A DNA stretch of 64,000 bases from Octopus sinensis (taxonomy: Eukaryota). Of the stretch, positions 27,337 to 40,940 are shown piece after piece; position 1 is the stretch's first letter, and each line of letters opens with the position of its first letter. The translations under genes were made by a program, and so were the position numbers. Under the pieces are notes generated by a model. The model did no database searches. It was not told the origin of the DNA and saw only the letters and a list, made by a program, of their open reading frames with translations. The stretch lies in NCBI RefSeq assembly GCF_006345805.1, contig NW_021833267.1, positions 14,534 through 78,533 of the forward strand, read 5' to 3'.

Positions 27337-28687
27337 TACATGTACACACGCCTATATGTGTGTGCATGTGTGTGTTTGCCTGTGTTTTAGTTCCTCTAAA
27401 ATACAAGATAAATAAATGAATAGCCAAATAGAAAATATGATATAAATTAAAAGAAAAAAAAAAAGATTTTTAAACGAAACGAAATCGATAAATAAATACA
27501 TAAATAACAAAAATTCTAAAAAAAAAATACAAATCTAAAACAGATATAAATAAAAGTGAATAATAAATAAAGATTTATTATCTTTTTAAACTAATATCAA
27601 TTTACAACTAGTCGTAACCCTACCACTCTGCCTGTTCCTCTTTCTTTGCATAGCTCTGTGTACGTGTATGGACACAAACACATGCTTTCTTTCACACAGA
27701 CACACACACACATTCACACATGCTTTCCTCCATACACACCCTTATATATATATACATTTAGATGAAAACATATGTTCACGTACATGCGTACTTATATGTA
27801 CACAAATATTTAACTATATATAAATTATTATATATATATATGGGCTTTTGAAGAACATATGTGTGTGTGTATGTTTGTGCAAGTAATCAATGTACTGCTA
27901 TGGGAATTCACTCTTCTATGTAACTATCTGAGCACATATTTCAATCTATACCAAAATAGTTGTATGTGCGTGTGTGTTTACAAGCATTTTATTAAGCATA
28001 CACAAAAAATAATGCGTACAATAATACATCTACATATGTACATACATACACACATGCATATATATGCTTACATACATGTGTATATACATATGTATATTTC
28101 TATATGCATATGTGTACGTATATATGCATATTTGTATGTAAATATGGTCTCATTTAAGAATCACATATAGCATGGATATTCCATATTAATGTTCAACGTT
28201 CCCATACTTGATGGGACTTCAATTGAAAGCCAGTTTTGTAAACACTTCTCCAGAACCCAAATCTATCTCCGCTAGGAGCCACGAATAAATAGAAGATTCG
28301 TAACTCAAGTATGGAAACCGTTAGAAATATCAGCCAAACCCCGTTTACATTATTGTGTTTCATATTCTGTCAGATTGTAAATTTATGTAAAATATATTTA
28401 TTGGCCGACCTCGAAGAGAAAGGCGATACTTAATGACGAAGTTCGCGTTAATTGTCGAAAGTTACTGGGTCGTTTTCAGCAGTTTTATATATTTAAAGTT
28501 TAAAATTAAGACATTTTAGAGAGAAATTCTACTTATCACTTCGTTAATCATAGGTTTGTTTGTCAATTGTTTTGGAAGAATCCTGAATACCCCCAGATGA
28601 CTGAAGGTAGCCTAAACGGTTACTAGAAATATGAACTCGGTGAAATGTTAATGGAATAGTTGCCTTATACATAGATGTGTATGTACA

Positions 28688-28756
<69 letters not shown>

Positions 28757-28757
<1 letters not shown>

Positions 28758-28953
28758 GGGAAAGTTTGCGAAAATCAAAAGACGAAGACAGGTGGTGTAC
28801 AAAACAAACAGATGTATTAGTATAACGCTCAGGAATAGAAAAAGTCTTTTACGTTTCGAGCCTACGCTCTTCTACAGAAAGGTACACAGAAAAAACAAGG
28901 AGAGAAACAAGGAGAGAAAAAAAGGAGAGAAAATGTGTGTAGTGGCTAACGAG

Positions 28954-28957
<4 letters not shown>
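28757..28957 (-). mobile_element. Short hammerhead-like element ending in (TA)n
   Basis: 28881-28846 (-): CTTT CTGTAGAA GAGC GTAG GCTC GAAA CGT A AAAG. Same family as 46301-46485. Confidence 0.7.
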
Positions 28958-29029
<72 letters not shown>

Positions 29030-29120
29030 TTATTTTATCTATCTATCTGCACGTTTGTCTGTCTCTCTGTCTAACTATATGCGTTTATATATATGTGTAT
29101 ACATATATGTATATACATGA

Positions 29121-29165
<45 letters not shown>

Positions 29166-29182
29166 TAAGATGCGATGATTTT

Positions 29183-29279
29183 AAGGAATAAGATGCAATA
29201 ACTTACAAACTTGGTGCGATGCATATATATATTATATATGCATCGTACCAAGTTTGTAAGTTATTGCATCTTATTCCTT
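29183..29279. repeat. 97-bp near-perfect palindrome centred on (TA)n
   Basis: aaggaataagatgcaataacttacaaacttggtgcgatgcatatata and its reverse complement, 1 mismatch. Confidence 0.92.
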
Positions 29280-29762
29280 TTCAAGACTTCTGGCTCCTCT
29301 ACAAGGATGTTTTTCATTCTTGCCATCATCAATATGCATCACTCCGGAATGGGTTTTCGGTTCTTTCTACGGTGGAATAAAAAAGTCATTAAGACACGAA
29401 TCAAAACATGGTCGTCCATAATGTTGCTCCAGTCTACATTTCAACCCTGAAAATATGGAATGATGGTAAGTTACAAAGAAAAGCACCAGCATCAAATAAA
29501 AATTCAAGACTCAAATTTTGCCTTCATTTTCAAAATCTGGATAAGCATACGTAAATATATACATGTAAATATATATATATATATGTATATACACACACGC
29601 ATACATAGTCATATTTATGCACATATATGCACATACACACAAATATATACATACATATAAATATATATAGAAATAAAGTCGCTCGTACACACGTACATAT
29701 ATATATGTGTGTGTAGATATATATATTATATATAAGTGTATATTTCATATATATATATGTTT

Positions 29763-29806
<44 letters not shown>

Positions 29807-30513
29807 CATACACGTGTATTCTTATATGCATATATGTATGTATATATATATGTGTGTATGTGTGTGAACGTGTGTATATTTGAATGCATTATATGATATT
29901 TCTGTATTCGCGTTATACCTTTTTTTTTCAAATTTTGCCAAATTTTAACGCACTGTTGTATGTCGAATATTTGACACTGGAAACCATTGGATCAGGAAGG
30001 AGTTCTTGCTTGGCAAATCAAGCGAATGTCGAAATTGGCACAATATCAGAAGATTCCGTTCTCAGACAACTTAATTATCTCTATGATATCCGCTACCATA
30101 ACGCAGCACATATCTCCATATCGCTTCCGTATAAATGTGTATAATGGACACATATATACATAGTCATTTACATATACTACATACATATACATACATACAT
30201 AATACATACACAGAATCTCACACACACGCACACACACACATATATATATATTTAGATATATTTTATAAACACATATGTATATATATGAATACATGCATAC
30301 ACACACACACATATATATATATATACATATTTAGATATATTTCATGTATACATGTATATATATATGTATATATATACACACACACACATATATATAGATA
30401 GATGTGTCTGTAAAGAGAGGGCAAATGATATAGAGATATACCTACCTGGTGCATACATGCGTACAGGCTCACATATATTCATATACACATACATACTTAT
30501 ATACATATTTACA

Positions 30514-30561
<48 letters not shown>

Positions 30562-30595
30562 ATATATACAAACATATATAAATATATTTATATTC

Positions 30596-30636
<41 letters not shown>

Positions 30637-30901
30637 TATATATACATATATATATATATGCGTATATATGTATATATATATGCATATATATGTATATTCA
30701 TTACGTGCGTTTTTGTGTACGTATGAATATGAATACGTGTGATCATGTAGGAAGCATGTATGGAAGTAAATGATATACACATTGAAATACACATACAGAG
30801 CACACATACACACACACACATCTAATCACACACATATACTTCATTTGACTAATATAGCGAGCATATATCGTGCGGCAGAGAAAAACTAGATCTATTCATA
30901 C

Positions 30902-30952
<51 letters not shown>

Positions 30953-31576
30953 AACATAAATACATACATACATAATATATACATAGATTTAGAATATATA
31001 ATCCGAACATAACAAACCGGTCCATACCATACCACGCTTGCATACCGACATCATAAAAAAAAATCATTAACTCACCGCTGGATACAGCCGCATTTCTAGG
31101 AAATGTGCGTTAGTTAATCAACGCCGTTTTATCAGCTTCCTAACCACGCTCTGAAAGATTTTACTAGATTTAGCAACTGAATTATCCATTTCTGACGTAA
31201 AATCTGACAGCTGATGAATTTAACCATTTTCTGAATTTCGTGGATTCAACCAAAGCCCATTAGAAATTGACAGCCCTTCTGAAAACAGCTGAAATGATAT
31301 TGCGAGCGTTTTAAAAGGAATTTCGGATCACTCTTTGCAGCTTTGCTGCCGGAGAACTTCGGATTCTTTATTCTCAGCATGGTACTTTAGGGAAATCACT
31401 CCTTTTAAATCGCAAAGCCAGCGAATATATTTACGCACCTTTTTTCTTTAAATCTACGGACATGCTCTAAGATGAGGACCTTTTAACAGAAGGTGGAAGA
31501 CCTGTAGCATTAATGCTTGGGCGATGACATGAGGATCCTATGATTTTTTCTGGTTTTTCCCTAGTCAAAATCCTAG

Positions 31577-31790
31577 TAGGATCGCGGTTTCGATTCCCAG
31601 ACCGAGCGTTGTGAGTGTTTATTGAGCGAAAACACCTAAAGCTCCACGAGACTCCTGCAGGGGGTGGTGGAGATCCCTGCTGTACTCTTTCGCCACAAAT
31701 TTCTCTCACTCTTTCTTCTGTTGGCCTGCTCGCTTAGTCAGCGGGGTGGCGTCATTTGAATGTTAAAACAATGCGAAGCTCATTTTGACA
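31577..31790 (+). mobile_element. SINE family C-related copy
   Basis: B-box-like ggtttcgattcccagaccg; tttcgccacaaatttctctcactct is shared with the reverse complement of 53955-54264. Confidence 0.7.
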
Positions 31791-31905
31791 AGTGATGTGT
31801 AGCAACATCTGATAGCCTGGTCGATACTTCGCATCCTTTACACAATATAAATAATATATTTATACATATATATATATATTATATATATATATTATATATA
31901 TATAT

Positions 31906-31937
<32 letters not shown>

Positions 31938-32158
31938 GTATGTATATGTACTTATATATGAGTATATGTAAATTAGACCACTGCTTCGCAAACTGATATG
32001 CCGTACCGGCAGTTATTTTCCAATGTGCCAGAGAGCGGTATAATTCTTATTATATTATCTTATACCGAAAACAAGGTTTGTTTCTTTCCTTCAAATTCGC
32101 CGTGGTGCCCCAGCATGGCCGCAGTCAAACAACTGAAACAAGTAAAAGAATAAAAGAA

Positions 32159-32198
<40 letters not shown>

Positions 32199-32383
32199 GT
32201 ACATATATACATCTCTATAGACAAACACACGCGCGCAAACGCACTCAAGAATGCACGCACATACACACACAATTGCACACACAATCACACACGTACGGAC
32301 ACAAACATACCCACGCACTCACACAAAATACACCACAGTATATTCCTTCTTCCGGCTTTCATTTGCCAATCATATATATATTA

Positions 32384-32430
<47 letters not shown>

Positions 32431-33113
32431 GATATATATATATATATAAATAAATATAGACACATACATACATATATATATATATACATAAACATATATA
32501 TACTATAAATATATATATATGTATATATATGGGTACATATATATATATACATGTATGTATATGTACGTATGTATATATATATGTGTTTTTGGTAGAAATG
32601 TAAAAAATACAACAATATCAACGCATACTCAAAAGTAAAAAGTTGCATATAAATCATATTAGAAACCAATGAAATAATGAATGAATATGAACAAATATAA
32701 ATAGAAGATAATGATCAAATAATTGAATAATACGTAATATAAATATACAAATATAGTTCGGTAATGTGAGAAGATAACAAAAATATAAGGCAGAAAATAT
32801 ATAATACCGAAATAAATTATATAAATGTAAAAATAATTAAGTAAACATAATATATATGTATACATATATTTACGTATGTGTATGTATCCTTGCTAAGCGA
32901 TGCAAATTCGCACATGTATACACATACATATATATATATACATACATACACACAGACACACTTATGCAATTACATGAAATGGAACAAATATGAGTGAATA
33001 ACCTCGATCTTGTAAATCAGGAATAAAATCTGCTGTGCCATACTAAGGCATCTGTGTATTATACATGTGTGTACACACATACATACAGATATGCATATAC
33101 ATACATGCATACT

Positions 33114-33149
<36 letters not shown>

Positions 33150-33171
33150 TATTATATATATATATATATAC

Positions 33172-33388
33172 CACATATATATAATGTAAGTATATGCATG
33201 TATATGTATGTATATGAATTTTCTCTACCTACCTCTATCTATTTATCTATCTATCTATCTATGATCTATCTATCATCTATCTATCTATCTATCTATCTAT
33301 CTCTATCTATCTATATCTATCTATGATCTATCTATCTATCTATCGATCGATTGATCTATCTGTCTGTCTATCTGTCTGTATCTGTCTG

Positions 33389-33447
<59 letters not shown>

Positions 33448-33467
33448 CTCTCTATCTATCTATCTAA

Positions 33468-33498
<31 letters not shown>

Positions 33499-33679
33499 GA
33501 TATCTGTCTATCCATCTGTCTATCTGTCTGTCTATCTGTCTGTCTACCTATCTATCTATATATCTGTCTGTTTGTATGTACGTACGTATGTATGTATGTA
33601 TGTATATAATATATATATACACATATATATATGTAATATATGCATGTATATGTATGTATATGAATTTTCTCTACCTACC

Positions 33680-33768
<89 letters not shown>

Positions 33769-33821
33769 GTCTATCTCTCTACCTATCTATCTATCGATCG
33801 ATTGATCTATCTGTCTGTCTA

Positions 33822-33892
<71 letters not shown>

Positions 33893-33897
33893 CTCTC

Positions 33898-33946
<49 letters not shown>

Positions 33947-34070
33947 GATATCTGTCTATCCATCTGTCTATCTGTCTGTCTATCTGTCTGTCTACCTATC
34001 TATCTATCTATCTGTCTGTTTGTATGTACGTACGTATGTATGTATGTATGTATATAAATATATATATATA
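33172..34070. repeat. Tandem duplication (~445-bp period) of a compound microsatellite block
   Basis: Unique anchors gaattttctctacctacc, atcgatcgattgatc and atgatatctgtctatccatc each occur twice in the same order. Confidence 0.85.
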
Positions 34071-34078
34071 TATACATG

Positions 34079-34111
<33 letters not shown>

Positions 34112-34903
34112 GTAGGTATGTATGTATCCATATCTACCTATACAGCGAGATGGAGACTGACAAACAGACAAAATATGAAAGCGAAAAACACAGAAATTTA
34201 TGCGATGTAAACCTAATGAACAAGAAAACAAGTGACGACGTACAATTAAATATATTGCATACTTTCCCCGAGGCGAGGCTGTACATGTGTAAGTCGAACG
34301 AGAGAAAATTAGAAAAAACTTAAAAACAGATATATATATATATATAGCCTCAGCATCCACCACACACATTTACTACAATTTTATTCTCTACGGGTAAATC
34401 ATCTCCGAAGATTTCATTAGTGTTTCACATTTTCATTAATGAGTAATACTCCAGATGAGTTGCTGAATAGAAAAAACCGAAAATGGATTTTTCACTAGTA
34501 GGAAGATGAATATTTTTTTATTGTTACATTTTTAGTTTTCTAATTTTTTTTTTTTTTTTCGTAATATTTTGTAAAGTTTATTTCCATCCGAGAGTTTCTG
34601 AGATCTCCATAGTAAGAAACTCCAGAGGAAGCTCAACAGCAAAGTTGCTTCAGAACACCTCACCACCCTGTCGTTCAAGCGTTTCGGCCATATACACCAT
34701 ACACTCTAAGATGGATAGTATGTATTTAATACTTGACTTACGTATACCCCTCAGATCTCAATTTCTCTTCTAATATCTGCCTTGGCATCTATTCCTTCGT
34801 GGATGGTTAATGTAACCCAGAGCCAAAGTCCCTTCTAGACTGTAGCTGACTGTAGCGAACGAGGTGTTGCTCTTAAATTCTTGACTTTGGGAAAAAGAAA
34901 ATA

Positions 34904-35000
34904 CAGGAGGTATTAATTATGACTTCATTCAACATATTCCCTTCTCAAATTGACATATTTATTGCAGTAGTCCTTCAGTTTCTCTAAGCTCTGTAATTAA
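34904..35000 (-). mobile_element. Mariner 3'-terminal remnant
   Basis: Minus-strand translation SLEKLKDYCNKYVNLRREYVE*, followed by a terminus ...CCTCCTG TA. Confidence 0.6.
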
Positions 35001-35066
35001 TAATGTTATAATTGTTCAATTAAATGGAGCCCCTTGAAAGAGTCGTACTGCATTACTTCTGGACAT

Positions 35067-35166
35067 CCTGTTGCTTATTTTGATTTTATTTACTTTATTT
35101 TGAAGTTGTACGGATAAAACTGCACTAATTTTTGGTGCTTCAAATCAAGTACCTAATTCATCTGAA

Positions 35167-35169
<3 letters not shown>
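35067..35169. mobile_element. Degenerate repeat family P copy (inverted relative to 9721), abutting (TA)n
   Basis: ctgttgcttattttgatt...ggtgc..aagtacc.aattcatctgaatct matches the reverse complement of 9721-9845. Confidence 0.6.
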
Positions 35170-35215
<46 letters not shown>

Positions 35216-35612
35216 TAAAGGGTGAAATATAATTAATTTAATATAATCTACAAATTTCACCAAGTAGTGTTTCGGTATGGAAAAGGACTATATTCGGTAA
35301 AATTATATATAATTATCACAATGAGGGTCTTTGCAACAGGTTGCTAGACCACATACCGAAAGTATTAGAAATAGCAGCCAGAAGACTGTTATTTCTTTTA
35401 TTACAAAAATATGTCCCACAGACAACAGTATTTGTAACTCATTATGGCAAAAAGAAAAAACGAAGAAAAATAACGAAATCAAACAGTCTCCGCTCAATTA
35501 TCGACGCATACGTTTCTGGATTAGAATCAGAGATTCATTTTCTTCATCAACATAATATTCGATAAATAAATCTAGAAATACTAGGAAATCTTACCCTCCA
35601 TATTCCGAACAG

Positions 35613-35670
<58 letters not shown>

Positions 35671-35671
<1 letters not shown>

Positions 35672-35960
35672 TTCTTTTTCCCCGTCTGTCTTGATATAGA
35701 CAATGGGTTGCGCCAAGGGTGGGGCCACTTTGATGATGTGCAGCGTCTGCTGTGACTGCACAGTCCAATTCTAGAGTGGCAGTCCTTGGTACAGTTGCTG
35801 CACACGAACATCGATGGGTACGTGTGGGGTGTTGCTGCGTTGTCCTCCTCCTGTCCCGCCTGTCCAACCACAGCTGTGCTCTCCTCTCCTCAGCCATGGA
35901 AACGCCTTTCCTCACCGTCCGACGCCAGGCAGAGCGGTCAGCAGCTGTTTCCTCCCACGT
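35671..35960 (-). mobile_element. RTE-clade LINE 3' end
   Basis: WEETAADRSAWRRTVRKG and C-terminal FVCSNCTKDCHSRIGLCSHSRRC zinc-finger motif. Confidence 0.8.
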
Positions 35961-36095
35961 GTGTGTGTATGCATGTATATATGTATATATATATACACAC
36001 ACACATTGGTTACTGCACAGCTATGCGGAAATACACTGGGAGGTAACACAGTAGGATTGGATTTAAATCCACGTGACTGCAATGTAAGCATCTTA

Positions 36096-36148
<53 letters not shown>

Positions 36149-36272
36149 TGTGAGTGTGTGTGTATACGTATTATCATTCAATCAGAAAAGAATGAACGCC
36201 AAAAATGACCACAATGAAATTTCAACCTGCTGCGGGATACGCCTACACCAGTAATGCAATATTTTCTGTTCG

Positions 36273-36430
36273 AAAGGCGGCGAGCTGCGAATTCCACCGA
36301 GGTCAGATTTGCCTTTCGTCCTTTCGGTGTTGATAATTTAAGTACCAATTGCGCATAGGGGTCGATCTAATCGACTGGCCCCCTCCTGCCCCAAAATTTC
36401 GGACCTCGTGCCTAAAGTAGAAAAGAATAT
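36273..36430 (+). mobile_element. SINE family A, head partly deleted, tail type 2
   Basis: aaaggcggcgagctg..gaattccaccgaggtc..tttgcctttcgtcctttcgg..cccaaaatttcgg..gcctaaagtagaaaagaatat. Confidence 0.85.
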
Positions 36431-36439
36431 TCTCTGTTC

Positions 36440-36856
36440 GGATCTTTTCGGTTTGAACGGCAGTTTGTAACAAAATTTCTTGGTAACTAAAAAATTTTAA
36501 ACTTCGTATACTGGTTGAATGTTTTTATAAAATATCTTTTTCTCTTGGCTTTATTGAGAAAATGCTATAGTTTGTAAGATATTTGTTGTTTTTTTTCCTT
36601 CAATTTCTGCAATTTCAACCAATCAATGACCGTCTATTGAGGTGAAAACATTCTGTGCCGTATGAATATGTCCCTGGTTTAAGAAACAGATTGGGTTTAT
36701 TTACATTTGTGAAGAAAATACGATACCTTCCCACCACCCCTAACCCTAACCCTAACTCTAACCCTAACCCTAAAATAGATTGAAATGCAATAGATCGATA
36801 CTAGGGTCATAATTATGAGTGACAATTTCATATGACACCGCTAGGAAAAACTGGCG
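36440..36856. mobile_element. Probable MITE-like element containing an internal (CCCTAA)6 tract
   Basis: Left end GGATCTTTTCGGTTTGAACGGCAGTTT; partial inverted match AAAACTGGCG at the right end; telomere-type hexamers at 36738-36773. Confidence 0.45.
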
Positions 36857-37523
36857 AAAGTATCTCTCTGTTCGACGCTCGATCATGTCCACCAAACACT
36901 TCATTAAGTTTCTCGGTAGTTAAAATACCTAGAATTGATTCAGCAAGTATAATCACTCGTCTTCTAAACTTATAGAGAAGCCACCCACAGGTCTTCCTGA
37001 TATTTCGGAAGTGGAAGGACAGCGTAAATATTGTAGTCCTACAAAGACTCTGTCATAATGAAAGAAATGGCATAAAAGGACAGGATGATCAATGATGGAA
37101 TGTCTTCGTCATTAAATTTACGAGAACGAGGTGAACTGGGGGCGCAACGACAACACAGTAGGAACGAAGTGAAGCCTTAATTTCAAATGATTGAATATAT
37201 TGTACGTCACCGAATATATGAATGCGAGCAAATAGTCACAAACAAAATCCAATTCATATATACACGTGGATATGATCCTGCATTCTGAATGTATATGCAA
37301 TGCACTGGTATGTATATATGCATACAAACACACACAAATACCGTAAACATATACATGCATACAAACACAAACGCATGCACATGTATGAGTGTATGTATTA
37401 TATGAGTATGTAAGTATGTTTGCATCTATTTATACATATACATATATATATACATATATGGAGATAGATAGATAGATAGATAGTTATATAGAAATATAGA
37501 TTTAGATATATAATGCATGTATG

Positions 37524-37564
<41 letters not shown>

Positions 37565-38297
37565 GTATATATATTTATGCATGTATATTTATATATATAT
37601 ATATCCCTGTGTGTATGTATATGTACTGAAATTTATATACCTATACATATATAGGAATGAGAACATTCAGAAACATATGCATGCGTATATATGTGTGGGG
37701 GTGTATTATTGTCTATGTAGGTGTGTGTGTGTGTTTCTGTTCATGGTTCTGTGTATTCAGGAACAAATTCCGCAAGGACATTTTTCTCATTGGACTCTTT
37801 TCTATGTTTCTCAATACACCCCTTCTTTCTTTCTTTCTTTCTTTCTTTCTCTCCGTTCCTCTTTTCCTTCTCCCCCTTACACCACCTCAGCCATCCCAAC
37901 CACCACCTCGTCCACCGCCAGCACCACACAGCAGCTTTTTCCGCCATTATTTTGTATGAACATCCTTTTCATTATCTGATATAATTAAGGAATAATTAAA
38001 AAAATTACAAACATACAAAATAAATAAATAATTAAAACAAAGCAAACAGACAAAACAAAGCAAGTAAAAAAAAATGTAAAGAAATCCAAAGAATATTTAC
38101 AATAAAATATTTATTGACTTCGAGTAAGTTGCCATATTTTTGTGTCTTTGAATAAAAGACAATCCGATCATGTTGTTTACTTTGGCACGAATTGTTTTAA
38201 TTCAATTTAAAAATTTATACTATTATTATTATTTTATCATTATGTATTATTATTATTATATTATTATTTTATTATTATTATTATTATTATTATTATA

Positions 38298-38328
<31 letters not shown>

Positions 38329-39149
38329 CATTATTATTATTATATTATTATTATTATTATCATTCTTATTATTATTATCATTATTATTATTATCTATTAT
38401 ATTATTATTATATATTATTATTATATTATTATTATAACTATTATTATTTTTATTATTTCTGCCTTCTCTTTTCATATGGATACTTGAATTAGTTCTCTGC
38501 TTATATTTCCGCATACAACAACGAAGAACCGCTATGAAACAGTGAGACCTAGAACAATAAAAGAACAACAGTTGCAACACCAATATCAACAATAGTTACG
38601 ACAATAACACGTCACACATACGTACACCCCCACACACAAAGAAAAAATAAAAAAAAAACAGAAAATAATAATATTGTACAAATTGAATTGTAAAAGTTCC
38701 CTTCAATTTTCTATATCTTTCAAATTGCTATTTATTAACCCTTATTCAATATTTATTTGAATTTCTTAAACGGTGAATTCGATATTGCATAAAACTTCGT
38801 GTCATTCATCATTAATATTTTTTCTCTTTACTTAATATATTGTTCCACGTTGTGTAACTTAGAAAACTTCGCTGGTTTTGTTGGACTTCAATTATTTTCT
38901 TTTCTTTCTTTTTTTTTTTTTGATCGTATTAAAATTTTTGAATTGTTTTATTTTGTTCCAAAAATGGTATTTACGAATTACATGAACAGAATAAATATTG
39001 TATGAATAGGCAAATGAAATATGAAGACAGTGGCTGATTGTCAGAATTATTTGTGTTTCGGATAAAATGTCTCACGGTAATTATGCATTTATTTCCAGTT
39101 CATAGCATTCTGGGTTCAAATCCTATCGAAGTCAAACAAGTAGACAGTC

Positions 39150-39345
39150 CAGAACAGTTGCAGGAGATTCCGAAGTTGTATGGAGGCCGTGGTTGAAGCC
39201 AATGGTAAGTTTATTGAATAGATTTACTCTTTAGTATTTCAAGATATTTTTAACGTAATTTTAGTAAATATATCTTTTAAAATGTGATGTCAGTGTCATT
39301 TTCATTTTTGTGTAATTTAGACGGCAGTTCACTCACTGCACCCAG
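39150..39345 (+). mobile_element. Tc1/mariner-superfamily 3'-terminal remnant
   Basis: Translation NSCRRFRSCMEAVVEANGKFIE* (stop 39219-21) resembles a transposase C-terminus; ends ...CACCCAG TA. Confidence 0.6.
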
Positions 39346-39346
39346 T

Positions 39347-40940
39347 ATGTATGTATGTATGTTTGTAAGTATGTATGTATGCATGCATTCATGTATGTAT
39401 GTATGTATGCATGTATGTATGTATGTATGTATGTATGTATGTATGAATGTATGTATGTATGTATGTATGTATGCATGTATGCATGTATGCATGTATGCAT
39501 GTATGTATGTATGTTTGTATGTATGTATGCATGCATGTATGTATGTACGTATGTAAGCATGTATGTAGATATGAAGGTATGTATGTTTGTAAGTATGTAT
39601 GTATGCATGTATGCATGTATTATCATGCATATATGTATGTATGTATGTATGAATGTAAGCATGTAGTTTGTATGTATGTATGCATGCTGTATGTATGTAA
39701 GCATGTATGTAGATATGTAGGTATGTATGTTTGTAAGTATGTATTATGCATGCATGCATGCATGTATGTATATATTAGTATGTAGCTATGTATGTATGTA
39801 TGCATGCGTGTATGTATGTATGTAGGTAGGTATGTATGTATGTATGCTGTATGTGTGTATGTATTCATGTATGTATGCAATGTATGCATGTATGTATGTA
39901 TGTATGCTGTAATGCGCATGTATGCATGTATGCATGTATGTATGTATGCATGTATGTATGCATATGTTGTAGTATGTATGCATGCATGTATGTATGTACT
40001 TATGTAAGCATGTATGTAGATATGAAGGTATGATGTTTGTAAGTATGTTGTATGCATGTATGCATGTATGTATGCATGCATATATTATGTATGTATGAAT
40101 GTAAGCATTATTTATGCATGTATGTATACATGTATGTTTGCATGCATGTATGTGATGTATGTAAGCATGTATGTATGTATGTATGTAATGTATGTATGTA
40201 TGTATGTATGCATGTATGCATGTATGCATGTATGCATGTATGTATGTATGTTTGTATGTATGTATGCATGCATGTATGTATGTACGTATGTAAGCATGTA
40301 TGTAGATATGAAGGTATGTATGTTTGTAAGTATGTATGTATGCATGTATGCATGTATGTATGCATGCATATATGTATGTATGTATGTATGAATGTAAGCA
40401 TGTATGTTTGTATGTATGTATGCATGCATGTATGTATGTAAGCATGTGTGTAGATATGTAGGTATGTATGTTTGTAAGTATGTATGTATGCATGCATGCA
40501 TGCATGTATGTATATATGTAGGTATGTAGCTATGTATGTATGTATGCATGCGTGTATGTATGTATGTAGGTAGGTATGTATGTATGCATGTATGTGTGTA
40601 TGTATGCATGTATGTATGCATGTATGCATGTATGTATGTATGTATGCATGTATGTATGCATGTATGCATGTATGCATGTATGTATGTATGCATGTATGTA
40701 TGCATGTATGTTTGTATGTATGTATGCATGCATGTATGTATGTACGTATGTAAGCATGTATGTAGATATGAAGGTATGTATGTTTGTAAGTATGTATGCA
40801 TGCATGTATGCATGTATGTATGCATGCATATATGTATGTATGTATGTATGAATGTAAGCATGTATGTATGCATGTATGTATACATGTATGTTTGCATGCA
40901 TGTATGTATGTATGTAAGCATGTGTGTAGATATGTAGGTA
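39347..40940. repeat. (TATG)n/(CATG)-variant satellite with higher-order units; resumes after the mariner (42162-42270)
   Basis: Directly visible; recurring anchors agatatgaagg and agatatgtagg. Confidence 0.92.

Noticed and set aside
28205-28290. Methyltransferase-like motif EIDLGSGEVF on the minus strand
   Set aside because: An in-frame stop follows within a few codons and there is no other motif; compatible with chance.
29300-29345. Additional hammerhead remnant (TTGATGA...GAAA, minus strand)
   Set aside because: Stem II and helices I and III cannot be formed convincingly.
36738-36773. Chromosome end or telomere
   Set aside because: Only six hexamers, internal, with ordinary sequence on both sides.
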